64,000 nt of DNA. Origin: the human T2T-CHM13v2.0 reference genome, Homo sapiens. Positions 1 through 15,878 of the stretch are shown here, piece after piece. The position numbers and the translations under genes are program-made. The stretch lies in NCBI RefSeq assembly GCF_009914755.1, contig NC_060933.1. The stretch is one strand, 5' to 3'. Position 1 is the first letter of the stretch; each line of letters starts with the position of its first letter. The notes beneath the pieces were generated by a model. That model was not told the DNA's origin. It saw only the letters and a program-made list of their open reading frames with translations, and did not search any database.

Positions 1-629
<629 letters not shown>

Positions 630-639
630 CTGATTCCCC

Positions 640-1017
640 TTATAATCAATCTGGGCTGGTCTTCGGGACTCACATGAATAACAGAATATGCTGGTAGTGA
701 TATTCTGAGACACTTGAGGTTAGGTCACAAGAAGAATTGCAGCTTCCATCTGAGTCTCTTAGAAAACATGTGGCACTCTCTTGTGGCACTCTTTTAGAAC
801 CTAAGTGTTATGCTCTGAGGAGCCCAAGCCAGGTGACAAGTACCAATTGAGTTCCCAGTTGACAACCATCTGAACACAACTGCAGGAGACACTCTGAGCA
901 AGAACCCCTCAGCCAAGCCCCCTAAAAACCCATAAAGCTATGAGAGATAATGATATGTGGTTTTAAGCCTCTAGGTTTTGGGGGTGACCTGCTACACAGC
1001 AATAGATAACTGAAACA
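640..1017 (+). mobile_element. MaLR LTR (MLT1F/H-like)
   Basis: Typical 3' end ttttaagcc...tgctacacagcaatagataactgaaaca. Confidence 0.75.
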
Positions 1018-1714
1018 CCATTTTATTCTGGGGAGGAGACAGTGAAGGGGTAGCTAATTGGGCCCAATGCATCAAGATCCCAGGAATCCAAGGTTGGGGT
1101 ATTGCAGTCCTGGTTTATTCCATGCCTTTAGTGCAAAAACACACATGCAGGCATGTTGGGGGTGGGGGACTTAATGAAAAGGGAAATGGTTATGAATAAT
1201 ATATGTCCACATTTGCATATAAATCTGCATCACCTAACACTTTTCTTTACATGTATCAAATAAAATACCACCTAATGAAACACTAACTGTACCTATTTCA
1301 CTCACTACGAGCCAACCGTATTTGGGCTTCCTAAAATGGCATGCATCTCCTCCCATAGTTTTCCTCCTTTCTAGATCAAGCCAAATAACTGTATTTGTGG
1401 CTAGAGTCACTAAAGTTCCCTGCAGCCTGTTGATGAAGTCGTATCCTCATCATACCTTATTTCACTGTTTCATTCCCATTTCACAGTTGCCAAGGAGAGT
1501 CAGTGGAGATTTCTGGGACCTGAAGAGGGTTTATATCTGGGGAGGATCTATGTTTCATATACCCCCGCCCCAATCTTCTCTACCTGCTCTGTGTGAATAC
1601 ATTTTTATCAGAGTGTTTCAGGAGAGGAGGAAGATCCAGAGCACCACCCTATGCCAAAGAAAGCATGAATGCAGAATGTGTAACTTCATGATGGCTAAAC
1701 CTTGGATCCCTGCT

Positions 1715-2074
1715 TGTCTGAGTCCATACAGGCTGCAATAACAAAACACCTTAGACTGGGTAATGTATAAGTAATAGACATTTATTTCTTATAGTTCTAG
1801 AGGCTGGGAGAAATCCAAGATCAAGGAGCCGGTGGAACTGGTGTCTGGTGAGAGCCTGTTCCTCATAAATGGCACCTTCTCACCGCATATTCACATGGCA
1901 AAAGGGACAAACATGTCCCCGCAAGCCGTTTTATAAAGGCACTCATACATTCATGAGAGCAGAATGCTCATGATCCAATCACCTCCCTAGTCCCCTACCT
2001 CTTAGTACTACTTCACTGGGGATTAAATTTCAACATATACATTTTGGAGGGGCACAAACATTCACACTACAGCA
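1715..2074 (-). mobile_element. MaLR LTR (MLT1A-like)
   Basis: ggctgcaataacaaaacaccttagactgggtaat...ttggaggggcacaaacattca. Confidence 0.85.
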
Positions 2075-2306
2075 GTGTTTATATAATCCCTGTTGCAAAA
2101 TCATAGCTAGAAAAAGTACTCAGGTATTTTGCACCACTTAGGGAAATACTGTTTATTTACAGAGAATCATAACTAGATAGACCAAGTTTTGTGATTCATT
2201 TAAGTCCATTTGAAACTGACCAATAGGTAAAGCAGAGAAAAGTTGTCAACAGAAACATCAAGTTGTCTCCAACTTGAGTTTAGCTGGAGATACAAAATAA
2301 GAATTC

Positions 2307-2703
<397 letters not shown>

Positions 2704-3806
2704 CTAAATATTATCAGCTTCAGCCACTTAGTACAATTTTCCAAAGACAAAGTGCTGTTGCTGCTGATATGATAAACCATTCTTTACACAGGGATTTTTT
2801 ATTCTTTCATCTCGGTTACATCTCATTACCAAGAACCACTCATAGCTCAATAGGAACGAAAGTCCACTTTTCTGGGTCCATGTTTCACTCTTTTATCCTG
2901 CTAATGTCCTCAAGAAGCTAGGAATTATCCGTTCTAAATTAGTTTAAAATTGTAATTCACACTTCAAATGCCTCACACCGACTGACTGTTAAATCCACAC
3001 AATCAAAGTTACCTAACTGTATTTGTCATTTGCTTTAAGTGCTTTTGGAATTTTCGACAAAATATGAACTAAGAACTCCTAATTCCCCAGCTACTCGGAG
3101 TTTGGTTATTTGGAGTTACTATAGTGCTCAAAAGTAATGCTGTTTTCATTTCAGTAAAAAATCTCTACCATTAAAATTTTTCACTAACTGACTGGGATGC
3201 TCTATATTTTGAACACAAATTTGAAAAGGCTAAATCACAGCAAGAAAAACCAGAACACCCACATCCTTGAATTCTAGAGACAGTCTGAGAAAAAAACAGA
3301 CTTTTTCCTTCCTACACGATCTGTCCTATCCAATCCTTCTTTCCATAATCCTTTTTCCTATTACTTTTATCTACTTGACTTATCTTGCCAAATCTTCTCT
3401 GTATCAGGCACCAATAATTAGCTTCACAATGAGCACCTAGAACTTGGATTATGTTTATAGTTCAAAAATTAAAATGATTTTTTCAGGAAGCAAAGGTGTG
3501 AAGACTAAGAGGAAGAAAGTTTGGTACAAAGAGTAGGGAAAGAAGAATGCTAACCAAGGATTGCTTAAGGATGTCTAGGCTGTCTGACACCCTGAGTTTG
3601 GGGCAATGACTGATAGCTGATGACTTACTAGTGAACCCCTGAGTGGGCTCAAATTCTAATTAGTCTTGCATGCTGGCACCATGACCCAAGCAGTATACAC
3701 AGGGCTAGAATAGGACTGGCCTGGGATTTGGGTCCTGGCTCTACAGATTAGAAAAATGATTTAACCTCTTTAGATTCCAATGTCCTTACCTCTAAGATAG
3801 AGATTA

Positions 3807-4200
3807 TGGCAGACACTGGCTAATTATTTTCCAAATTGGTTCCTTTTCATGGGCACATCTATTTGATGACATTTTTCAGCCTCCCTCCAGTTACATGTGA
3901 CCATGTGACTGAGCCAATGAAATATGAGCAGAAGTGATGAGTGTCACAACCAGACCAGATCCATAAAAAACTCCACCCTTGGCCCTCCAAGCTCTTCTCC
4001 CTGTTGACAGATAAACTGGAGATGTCCTCCTGAGCAACCTTGGAAACCACATATTGAAGATGGTCTCTGAATCACCCCTGGCCACCTGACTGGGAACACC
4101 AAATAGGATTGCTACATGAGTGAAAAATAAACAATTTCTGGGCTGAGTCACTGAGACTTGTTTATCTGTTCCAGCTGCTGGAGCTACCTTCACCAATACA
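3807..4200 (+). mobile_element. MLT1J-like LTR inserted in a MIR (MIR halves ~3715-3806 and ~4201-4300)
   Basis: ccatgtgactgagccaatg...agcagaagtgatg core; MIR core sequence on both flanks. Confidence 0.7.
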
Positions 4201-5279
4201 GGGGTAATCATAGTACCTTTTACTGGGAGGATTAAGTGAGATAATGCTTACTCAACTGCCAGGTACACGGTAAGCACTCACCATCGTCAACTCTTACTGT
4301 AGCAAGGAAGAGTTTACAGACCTGAACCCAGAAAGAAATGGATGCACTCAGGATTTAGAACCTAGAGGAGAGTTTTCACATATTTCTATTAGTTGGGCAA
4401 AATGGCTTTGAAAAGTCATCTTTTCAAAATATTTCAATATGCAAATCATATGCTCACCAATATGCTAAGCAATATGCTAAAGATTTACTAGTGATTTGCT
4501 GACCAAAATCAAATCATTCACATATTTTGAAAAGGTGAACTGGTTCAAGACCAGTTCAAAACTAACATATGCTCCCCCAAGAAACGCTATGCACTCTTTC
4601 ACAAAATAAGAGAGTTAAATACTCTACAGGTACTTTCATCTTGGCCACCAACAAACTCCAAGCTCAATGAGAAATCATATTGTGTGCATAAAATTGGTAA
4701 ACCAGATTTCAGACTGGTGCGCTGAGTCTCAAATCCTTGGTTACAGTGGCTCACTTATGCTTCACTGAGGCCTGAGTAAACGTTCCCTTTTGTCAGGAAG
4801 GAGTTTAGCAGTGATCTTGGGAATTCATTCTGGTCTGTGCTTTGAATGCTAATGGAAAACGTTAGTATTTTCCCCTGGGCAGTACTCCAAGGTGCAGTAT
4901 GGCTGGTAATCTCTGTGCAGGGCAGAATGAGTCAGCGGCCTCTGAGTCACTTTACCAGGATGCATCCCAGGCTTCACACAGCAGAGTGGCTGGTCATGAG
5001 GAGGTCTGAGGCCCAGAGCACAGCAGAACAGCCCAGAAAGAAAGAGAGAAAACGGCCCTGAACAATTCCCTCAGACTCCAGTTCTGAAGAAAGGAGATAA
5101 AATGCCAACAGCTGAAAGTCCTCACCGTTCCTCATTTAAAGGAAATTGATATGAAATAAAAATGTGGGAGCAACAGATGAAATATGCTTACCAGGCAGCA
5201 GGTTCATACAGGCAATCTTAAAATTTTAAGTTTTATTCTTTTAAGTTGTCTGAAAAATGACTACTGTCACAGTAGTATA

Positions 5280-6040
5280 CATTAGGGGTTGAATTTTGTC
5301 CCACAAAAACTTTTATGTTGAAGTCCTAACTCTCAGCACCTCAAAATGTGACCTTATTTGGAAATAGGGTTGTTGTAGACATAGTAAACTAAGATGAGGC
5401 CAGGCGCCATGGCTCATGCCTGTAATCCCAGCACTTTGAGAGGCTGAGGCGAGTTGATCGTTTGAGCCCAAGAGTTTGAGACCAGCCTTGGGCAACATGG
5501 CAAACCCCATCTTTACAAAAAATGCAAAAATTAGCTAGGTGTGGTGTGCACACCTGTAGTCCCAGCTACTCAGGAGGATGAGGTGGGAGGATCCCTTGAG
5601 CCCGGGAGGTGGAAGTTGCAGTGAGCCTTGACTATGCCACCGCACTACAGCCTGGGCAACAGGGCAAGACGCTGTCTCAAAAAAATAAATAAATAAACTA
5701 AGATAAGATTACTAGATGGGTCCTAATCTATTATGTATCCTTATGAAAAGGGGAAATTTGAACACAGAGACATGCATAGAGGGAAGGTGATGTGAAGATG
5801 AAGGCAGAGATCCAGGTGATGCTTCTATGCACCAAGAACACTACAGATTACCAGCAAACCATCAGAAGCTAGGGGACAGGCATGGAGCAGATTCTCTCCC
5901 AGAGCTCTTGGAAGGAACTTATCCTACCAACGCCTTGATCATGGACTTCTAGCCTCTAGAGCTGTGAGACAATAAATTTCTATTGTTTAAGACGTCTAGT
6001 TTGTGGTTCTTTGTTATGCCAGCTCTAGCACACTGATACA
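5280..6040 (+). mobile_element. MLT1B/C-like LTR interrupted by an AluJ
   Basis: tgttgaagtcctaac...gaccttatttggaaataggg...gtgagacaataaatttct...ctgataca. Confidence 0.85.
5398..5697 (+). mobile_element. AluJ
   Basis: Dimer with J-type diagnostics; TSD taaactaagat. Confidence 0.93.
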
Positions 6041-8954
6041 GCACATACACAAGAATAAATCATACTGCAATTGATCATAATAAAAAGTGATCAAGTCAGT
6101 GCATGGCTATTGTCCTTCCTGAGTAAAGACGCTAATAATGACTAACAGTCTTTTGGGAGATGCTTAAAGAAGATGTAATAACATTTGGTGTCAGCAAGGG
6201 AACCATTAATGTACTGCCGTGAGCAACCTTGCTTCAGTGGCACTTCATTAGAATGAAAAGATGTTTCTTCCCCTTAACGTTTTAATATACTGCTTTACTA
6301 GGGAGTAAACTAGGCCCAAGAAGTATAATCATTACCACTTCTGCTGGCAAGGGAATAAAGGCAACGTTTGCTCTTTGATATCCATAAATTCTCTTCTGAT
6401 GATCAAATCAACAAGCAACAAAAAGGCCACAAAGGATCAGGTGTAACAATAATCAACAAAGGGGATTCCAATATGTCATGTGCATTCCCCCACAAGACGC
6501 ATGCTACTTTCACACTTGGAATGGCTTGGAGGCTGAGCGAAATGAGACTGCAGTTATCTTTTCCCACAGTCCCCTTATTAAGAAGAGCTGCCCCTCTGGC
6601 CATGCCTCTGATAAGGCCATTTCTACACACCGCCCCTCAAAATCTCATCCATTCTGACTTCCTGTACTGAGCAAAGCATTGAAACTCTATTATTGTAATT
6701 ACTTGCTTTTTATGTATTTCATTCAGTAACTTATATAACAATGAATATTTGTGAGATAACTACAATAAAAATGAGAGACAAGGGGTTTAGAAGCTTTCTT
6801 CTTATCAGAGTGCCAGATAACCTATAACTATTGAAGGCAGTGGTTTCTACCTCCCAAACTCAATGGTTCCCTCTGAAGAGCATGCTGTGTAAGTTACAGG
6901 GAGATAAATCTTTCTAATTTTCTGAATACTTCTACCCAAGAAAATTAACTGGGTCATCAGCCGTATAAAGGCCATGACTTACAAAACGGTAGAATTACAG
7001 CATTGCAAAGAACCATTGAAAATGCAAGGAATCTTCATTCCCATATCCCCGACATGCTGCAGAACCTATAGTTGATTTCTGCCAGTGACAACAGCTAACG
7101 ACTTTGCAAAGCCTCCCACTCCGTTTTTGGAGAGCGGGATAAGCATACTTTCTATAAATATGTGGGCCATTTTTCATCTGCTTGATGTTATCCTTCAACC
7201 ATAGTTGTCTGGAAGAAACTGGTTGGGAGAGGAAAAAGTAGGCTGCTTTGGATGCCTAGCTAAGTGGCTTTGCTTTCCTAGCTGATTTATTTAAATCCAA
7301 AAGGAAATATAAATCAGATAGCAAAGGGGCGAACTGCAAACACCCATAAGTATTAACTAAATATTTGCATTTACTAAGCATCTACTATGTGCCATCACTG
7401 TTACAGAAAACTGAAGAGAGAGAGAAGTCAGATACCATCAGTACCCTCAATTAATTTAAAATACTATCAGACCATGATTAGAAATATTAAACAAATTCAA
7501 AAGCAACGGAAGATCTAATGTAAAGAGTGAAGTCCTAAGTTGGTCACCTAGACTACATTTAGCTAGAGTTCAGAGGGTGGTAATAAAAAATATTGAATCT
7601 GTAAGAGTTATCATGATGCACCTTGGTTGACCATGCTTTGGAGGATGAGCAAGATTCGGAAAGTCATAGGAACTAAGAAGGTTTCTTTGAGAATACACCT
7701 AGATTCAAAGAGCAATTATATAACTGTTCCAAAATCCACAAAATAAGATTGTGAGGATTCTGTCAATATTTTTTAAAGTGAGGTTAATGGGAATGAGAAA
7801 GGAATGCTGAAATATAATCAAATATGAGTAGGGATTGGGAAAATACCACTGCATCACAGGACAATCTACAGAGAAAATTAAACTCTGACATTAACTTGGG
7901 AATTTTTCCAGCAGACAGATTGGATAACTGATTTGCATTTTTTCTTTCAAGGAAGATACAGGATGTTACTAAGGAGGTTTTTTTTTTCCACTTCTCAGTC
8001 ATCTTTAATATCCCCATTATGCAAAAGTGAAAAGTTCTCATTCAGCCTATAAGAGTTTAAACTGTGTACCCTTCTTTATTATACACAAATGTCCTCCTTT
8101 CCTCCAAGATCATATAACACTTTCAGAGACGTGCTTAACCACCTGATTAATTACTGGACCTCTGTAAATTACTTTCAAGATTAAGATGATTATTTTATCA
8201 CTTATTCTGCTTGATAGACATTTACAGTTTAACACATCTGACAAAGCCATTTGCATACCCCTATAATATAAATTGAGGTACATTAAAGCTACAGTAAGTC
8301 TGTAATATGAATAGCCTTAAAATAATTTGCTAATTACAGACAGTTCCCTAAGCAATTACAAGACATTCTATGTTAATTTAGGAAGGAATTCCAAACAAGG
8401 CATTTAAAACCTAATAAGATGCCATTAAATGAAGGAAGACAGAGGAGAGGGGAACAGAGAAAGAAAACCCTAAGGCTTGAACTAGTAGAAATGATTCTTA
8501 GAGCTACTGACCCTTGCAAGATCCATGTTTTCCTTGGGTTCTTAGGCACAAAGCAGAGTTCTAATTGATGGTGATTATATAGTTACTACCTCACAAATTG
8601 AATATATTTGTTGAATTGATTCACATCAATAACTAGTCATATGGAGCACTTATCAATCTGAAAGTCCATAGAAACAGTTGAGTCAATTTATCAAGTGCAT
8701 ACAATGAGAACATGCTCTGTAAACTGTGAGGTGCCACCAAACATCACAGTTTGCCTCCTAGTTTTCATACAGATTTATAAGCTGAATTATAATGCGTATG
8801 AACTGGAAATAAATTTGACAAAAAGATCACGAAAAGAAAGCACCTGGCTTGCTCTTGGGTTTTCTGAGGATGTAGACACCAATATGAGTGCCTGCTATTC
8901 CAGAGAAATATACACATTGATATAGTCAACATCACCATGAGAAAAAGAAGAATA

Positions 8955-9273
<319 letters not shown>

Positions 9274-10036
9274 CTAAAAACCAAAACACAAATTCCTATA
9301 GAGCATATTTTATCTCCATAAACTCGACCTAAGAGCTAAGTGCCCAACCAAATGTAGATAACCTGGTAAAGACAATACAACAGTAAAGAAATACACAGAC
9401 TTCTACAAATGCACAAATGTGCCTCTGTAAAATATAGTTCCCATTAGTTAGGTTAATTAAGATTAACATATAAGTCATTGAAAACTCCCAAAGTAGACAA
9501 AAGATAACTCACCAAGGAAACACACAAAGACAAAAGTAGCATTCGCTCTGAGCCATTCAGTTAACAGTTTGGAAGGAGGTTCCTTGTTAAGTAATACTTG
9601 AGTTGTCACCACTGATTACCAAAATGGCATGCATTCAAATAGTTTTGAAGATCAAAAGACAACTTGCTTTTTTTTCTTTTTTCTTTTTTTTTTTTAAGAA
9701 AAGTTCTATGAACAATACAGGGTGGTACACAGAAAATATGGAAGTGAACCTAATCACACATATCATAATTGCTATTAAACAGGTTAAATATACACCCACA
9801 TCTGAGTGTTTGTTTTAGGCTTTGTTTTACTGAGATGAATGAAAGAGCATTCATCTTGAGAATCCAGGTTTGGCATTTTTCATTGACTTAGCATAGTGTT
9901 TTCACCCAAATAATAACCTGCCACTATATTCCAAGTCAAATGTATCACAAAGAAGCAAAGGACTATCATGGACTTATCCAATGGAGAGAGTTACATTCCA
10001 GTTGCTCAGACTGCAATTGTGGGAAATCAATCAATG

Positions 10037-10060
10037 CTAAAAAAGCATTCCCACCCTTAC
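10037..10060 (-). CDS. PRUNE2: Intron-6 read-through C-terminus (VRVGMLF-stop) of a short ~259-aa PRUNE2 isoform
   Basis: GTA AGG GTG GGA ATG CTT TTT TAG in frame after exon 6; 252+7=259 aa agrees with my recollection of the short (C9orf65) form. Confidence 0.7.
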   Translation of the reverse strand, partial: VRVGMLF

Positions 10061-10155
10061 CTCAAGGTTCATGCTCACAGTACTAATGGCCACTTTTATT
10101 TCTCCATCTGACAGCTCCTTTAGATCTTTCAACATTGTCTGTTCAATACTTAAAC
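10061..10155 (-). CDS. PRUNE2: PRUNE2 coding exon 6 (95 nt, phase 1-0): LSIEQTMLKDLKELSDGEIKVAISTVSMNLE
   Basis: TTTTTTTTTCCTGTCATCCACAG|GTTTAA...GAG|GTAAGG; LKDLK resembles the prune DHHA2-entry motif. Confidence 0.97.
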
Positions 10156-10329
10156 CTGTGGATGACAGGAAAAAAAAACATTATGTTATACTTGAGGGAT
10201 TTTTTTTTTGTAATATCAAGCGATGTTTTGAAGAATTTACTCTGTAAATTTCATTCTTTGCCCCTCAAATGTCACTTTTATCCACAATAAACACACACAC
10301 ACACACTAAGGCAATAATCACATCATGTC

Positions 10330-10750
10330 TGCATCAGTTAGGATCCCAATAGGAAAAATGCACCTCTTTTGCTGCAAAAGAAGATGTGTTAATGGCAGGA
10401 CACTTACAGAGATGTGGGCTGGGTGAGAAAGTGAATAAAAGATGATGAGGCATCCAGAGACTAGCAAAGGGACCCAGAAAGAAAACAGAGATCTGTAACT
10501 TGAGAAGACTGGCTGCAGAAACTTCCACCTAAGCAGGAAGAAGGCAAGGAAGATCCACTACAGTCTCATTCTTCTCCTCGCCTCCATCCCTACCTGTTCC
10601 TAACTCTTCCTATTGGTCAAACCCAACCAGAAGCCAGTGTTGTGGGAGCCCATAAGATTAAATACTTAGGGGTCCACCTCTGGAGCCCCAGAGCAGACAA
10701 AGGCAGGGAATAAAAGGGTGGCGGTGGACAAATGAAGAAAAATTAACATC
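10330..10750. mobile_element. Old ERVL/MaLR-type LTR relic
   Basis: ttggtcaaacccaaccagaagccag motif typical of old MLT1-class LTRs; subfamily uncertain. Confidence 0.45.
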
Positions 10751-11439
10751 ACCATGCAAACTAGTTAAGTAACACCAAAGAAAGCCAAAACTGGCTTTCA
10801 GGCTGCATTTAGGTAAGCCCCCATGTTTTCTAGTATAATTTCATTCAAAATGCACTTTACAAATGTGACTCGTAAGACTATCTTAATTAAGTTGCTTACC
10901 CTCGTAATAGGCTCTGACAATAAGAGTTATTAAATTCCCTAATTAATGGGAGTAATAATCCAGAATGGCTAAATTATCCAGAACTGCATAGTTGTAGTCA
11001 GTTGACCAATGGAACTCAATGAAATCTATCACAGTAAAGCAGCAAAGGATCTGGCTCGACATTTAATTCTCGCGCTACATTATTACGTCTGATTAGGCCT
11101 ACTCTCTTGGGAGGAAGATCTATAATAAAGCCTGGTAAAGCACTGCACCCTTCCCAGACGTATGTTAAGGCTTCAGAGACCACTGCTTGCACTACCTACT
11201 TACAATGCTCTGTCAATCACATGAGGAAACAGACAGGCACTAAATATTTTTCTTTGACTCAAAAATTGAAAAGCCACAATTTTTCACAATGCAGCGTAAA
11301 ATGATTCATTGAAGACATTGTGACATTAAAAGTTTGGTGTCATTGTGAAAATGAATGACAAAACACATTCCCTTGTGCAGCATACACACAAGGACATGCA
11401 CATCTATGCATAGGTAACAGAAGGTGCAATGGACGCTGC

Positions 11440-11980
11440 AAAGGCCCCACCCCATTTCCTCAAACTTTCCCATCCCAGTGCACCCAGCATGATGCTCCAC
11501 CACCAGCACCTGCCTCTCTTTTCCTGAGGGCTTTCCTTGGCCACCAGAGCCTACACTGGAGAATTAAGGCCCCCTGGGTCTGAGTAGCCCACACTCTTCC
11601 AGTGGTCTGCTGGTAAATGTTTAACGGCCAGTAACAAATCCTGATTTGTAGTGTTTGTCAATTTCAGGGATCTAAATACTCCTACCATGGCTGATCTCAA
11701 GCTACCAATCATCACTCAACTCACAAAATTCCTGAACATTTAACCATCAGCTCCTGGAGCCGAGATGAGCACACCACTGCATCCCTCAGGTGGGACAGAG
11801 TTTACACTCTTTCTCATGGTCTCTGGTGGGATTAAGCTCTGGTTTCCCATGGAGCCAACTTGCTTGCTGAAGCATTCCATTCCCCTATCAGTGTTGACTG
11901 GAACCACCTCCCACATAAACCACTTTGCCTCAGGCTCTGCCCCCTCCTGCCCCTGGGGATGGGGTTCCTGAACTAAGAGA
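11440..11980 (+). mobile_element. LTR16-like ERVL LTR interrupted by MER63
   Basis: ctcaggtgggaca...gtgggattaagctc...cacctcccacataaaccac...aactaaga. Confidence 0.6.
11600..11779. mobile_element. MER63A-like MITE
   Basis: TIRs cagtggtctgct... / ...agcacaccactg. Confidence 0.8.
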
Positions 11981-12620
11981 GAAAGTTATGTAATTTAGTG
12001 TTTACATCTTAAAGACATATAGGTTGGGTTTAGGACTTGCCTGGCCACCTGCCTGCTATGTGTGTTTGATGTTGGGAAAGCAATGAAGGCTTTCTGCACT
12101 TCAGTGTCCTCCCTCACCTGCAGACTGGGACGTCAAAGCACTGACTCTTGGGGTTGTCATGAGGAGGATTCAGCAAGAACATCCTTGCCAAGCTATGCCA
12201 TCAAAACCTGTATACAGTAGGTATCCAGTGAATTATAGCCTTTTGTTATTGTAAAACAGTTGATCCAGGAAATTCACTGTCCTGACAAAGCCTAGACTCT
12301 GACAACAGTTTCTTCAATATAGCCATCTTCTCACTCATTTCCTTCTCAAATTAACTGATTTATGAAATCCCATTGTGCTTGATATTGCTCCTTCCATCTT
12401 CTCAAAATAGAATCCTATCAGCATAAGGATTGCATGTAATAATGCACCTGAGATATGCACTAGAGACATGAATTAACCACACATCCAGACACAAAGGCCT
12501 CGGAGGAGAGGCCACAGTACAAGCTGTCTATTTGCAGGGGAGTCAACATTATGTGCCTGAAAACCTTCCACCAGCACAAGCAATAGGAAGAAGGTGAAAC
12601 ACATTCAAATGTACCTTCTC

Positions 12621-12920
12621 AGCTGGGCATGGTGGCTCACACCTGTAATCCCAGCACTTTGGGAGGCCGATGCAGGTGGATGACTTGAGGCCAGGAGTTC
12701 GAGACCAGCCTGGCCAACATGGTCAAGCCCTGCCTCTACTAAAAATGCCAAAAATTAGCTGACTGTGATGGTGCATGCCTGTAATCCCAGCTACTTGGGA
12801 GACAGGCATGAGAATCACCTGAACCCGGGAGGTCGAGGTTGCAGTGAGCTGAGATCATGTTACTGCACTCCAGCCTGGGGGATAGAGTGAGACTCTGTAT
12901 AAAAAACAAACAAAGAAACA
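12621..12920 (+). mobile_element. Alu (J/old S), ending ~90 nt from the exon 5 donor
   Basis: Dimer; TSD aaat(g/a)taccttctc. Confidence 0.93.
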
Positions 12921-13008
12921 AATATACCTTCTCAGGTCTGATGATGCTCCATGCCACAAACCATCCCTACTCGGGAGGGACAAGAGAGCTGGGGACAGAG
13001 TCACTCAC

Positions 13009-13161
13009 CCTGAGCACTGAACTGGGTCTCCTGTAGGACGTTGATGATGTCCTCTCTTGGAGGCAAGTTAGGAAATTTTTCTTCCAGGATAGAAAGAATT
13101 TCCTCCTGCTTCTCTGAGATCTTCTCTGATTCCATGGTCATCCACTTGAAAAGAATGCTAC
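13009..13161 (-). CDS. PRUNE2: PRUNE2 coding exon 5 (153 nt, phase 1-1): SILFKWMTMESEKISEKQEEILSILEEKFPNLPPREDIINVLQETQFSAQ(G)
   Basis: TTTCAG|GTAGCA...CAGG|GTGAGT; open in the frame set by exon 4. Confidence 0.97.
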
Positions 13162-14359
13162 CTGAAAGGTATGAATAAAAATGCTCTTAAAGCTTTCCAG
13201 CCAAGCCAGAACAGGGGCCAAGAAAATCAGTGTTTCCTGGCCTCTCAATCTAAGCTTTCCATTTCTGTCTCTCACCTGGACCAGAGTCCTCCACACGTAA
13301 CATTCAAGAGCCAATTTTTAGAAAACAATTGAACCATCATCCAGCTTCATTATTCTCCAAGTACTGCTCTCTACAACTTAACTGACCCTAGCATACTCTA
13401 TGGTACAGAATTCACAGATAAAGGAAAAAAATGTGTATATTCCCCCAACCCCACACAAACACACAAAAAGATATGCATTGGTCTTAAATGATTTCAAAAA
13501 GGAAGTTAGTGGTAAACTATTTAAAAGTCTAATCAGCCTTATTTCCTTTAAAGGACCAGAAAGAATACTGTTTCCACTCATTATATTATTAATTTTACAT
13601 ACAAACTTCTTCCTTTTCACACTAAATGAATGTATAATCCCACGGTCAACAGCTGAGGAATCTGACAAGGTGGCTAACCTGACGTCCATTTCTGATCTCC
13701 CAAGCATCATACACAGTTTTAAAGTCATTTACAATTATCTAATTATAAGGACTCACAAGCTGGGTCTAAATCACAGGTTTAAATTACAAAGTAATTTTCC
13801 AGTGTGAAGGACCTTGCACAAACTCCTGTGACTTCTGTGGATAATCTCATCTTGAAAGGGAGGAGTTAGCACCCCATACGTACTCTTACTCTTCCCTGCA
13901 TTCCAAGCCCAGATTAACACAGAGTCACCATGGGAGAGAGAAGTTTCGCTTAATGACAAATGATTAAGCTCTCTAAAAATCCCCAAATCTGTTGACTAAT
14001 CAAAGTACTACCGTCTCTGTTTCAGTGTAGCCTTAACGCCAGTCATGGGGGAGGGAAAATGGAAAATAAATAAAAGAGGAAAGAAGGTAAAAGGGGAAAT
14101 AAAGTATCCAGTGAGGGAAAACTATGGTACCCAATCCAAACACATGGCCTGAGACCTACAGAACCTAGAGATGAGGTCTACATTTACCATCAAACATGCT
14201 GGAAAGTCCCAAGCAAGTCGTCTGGCCTCCGTTTCCAGTTTCCCATTTTTAAAACAGGAATAATACTGCTTTCCCAGCTCACAGTGTTATACTAAGCATC
14301 AAATGAATGTAAACATCATAAAGAAAAGTAAATATTGCTAAATATATTTAAAGCATTTC

Positions 14360-15010
14360 ATCCATTCATTCCCTCACAAACAATTACTGAGTGCCTTTTA
14401 TCGGCCAGGCAGGGCTCTATGCTAACGATTCAAGATTAGGCTAGAGATAACCTTGCCTCTTGAAGCTCACGGGAGATTAGAGGTTACAAATAAGTAAGCA
14501 CAGACATTTTCAATAGCAGAGAATAAGAAATATTATGGGTGAAATACATAGTACTCTGAATCTAGGCCAAAATCTAGGGTTCAGAGGAGTCTTCCTAGAG
14601 AAAGTTAACCTAAGCTGAGCTTGAAGGATAACTAGGGACTTAAGGCAAAGACAAGAGGGAGGTCATGATCCAGAAAGAGCCTGTGCAAAGGCACTGAGGT
14701 GGGAGGGAATTGGGCCAGTTCAAGGAACAGAAAGCAATTAATTACAGGTAGATGGTATGATTTTAGCAAGGGAAATGTTGAAAAATTAGGTTGGAGAGAT
14801 AGAGATAGATAGCGGGACCATGAAGGGCCTTACAAGCCGCCTTAAAGTTTGTCTTTTATATTTTAAGAGGGATGAGGAATCTTTCAAGAGTTTTAAGTAG
14901 GGAAAGTAACATGCTCACATTTATGTTTTATAAGAATCACTCTGGCTATCATGCAGAGAAAAATTTAGATAAGGAATATGGGGAGAATCAGTAAGGAGGC
15001 TGTTTTGGAT
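14360..15010 (-). mobile_element. L2 3' fragment
   Basis: cattcattc...attactgagtgcct...ccaggc (reverse L2 end) and typical L2 body. Confidence 0.7.
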
Positions 15011-15155
15011 AAGAAAAAAGGAAAGAACAGTCAGCACACAGAACTAAACAGATTCCATTTCAACAGTCATTTGAAGGTGGAGGGCAGCCAGCTGGATTTT
15101 GTGTATACCCTGTGGTCTGTCAATCTCTGACATAAAACTCATACTATAAAGATTA

Positions 15156-15467
<312 letters not shown>

Positions 15468-15878
15468 TCCCCTCTTTATTAAGGCAATGGTAAATATGAA
15501 TTTCAGAAAAGATCTTCATCTGCCTCTTGCTCTGATAGACTGCTTGTACTAAGAACAAGGATAAAAGCTAAATCAAGTTTTTAAAAATCTGTGAAAGTAT
15601 CACAGAGTTACCCAAGTAACTGTCTTGGAAGCTAAGGTCCTGGAGAGAGGGTAAGTGCACAGAAGTGAGCCCAACATTTGGTGTTGCTTTTCCTCTTAGG
15701 ATATTTGCTAATTCATAAGTGATAAAATAAGCCAATAGGCTGAAAAAATTAGCAAATCTAACAGAAGTTTAACAGCCTATGGAGACAAAAACTAAAGTTT
15801 AGGGCCCTCTACAGAAAAGGAGTTTTAGTTAAGTAACCCGGTTTTGAAACAGGACCCCTAGAGAGTTATATCCTAGGA

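Noticed and set aside
10095-10100. AATAAA inside exon 6 (minus strand)
   Set aside because: Explained by the codons GAA ATA AAA and lies upstream of the read-through stop
13378-13807. Overlapping antiparallel ORFs of 116 and 135 aa
   Set aside because: No recognisable domain or splice signals; consistent with chance in AT-rich intron
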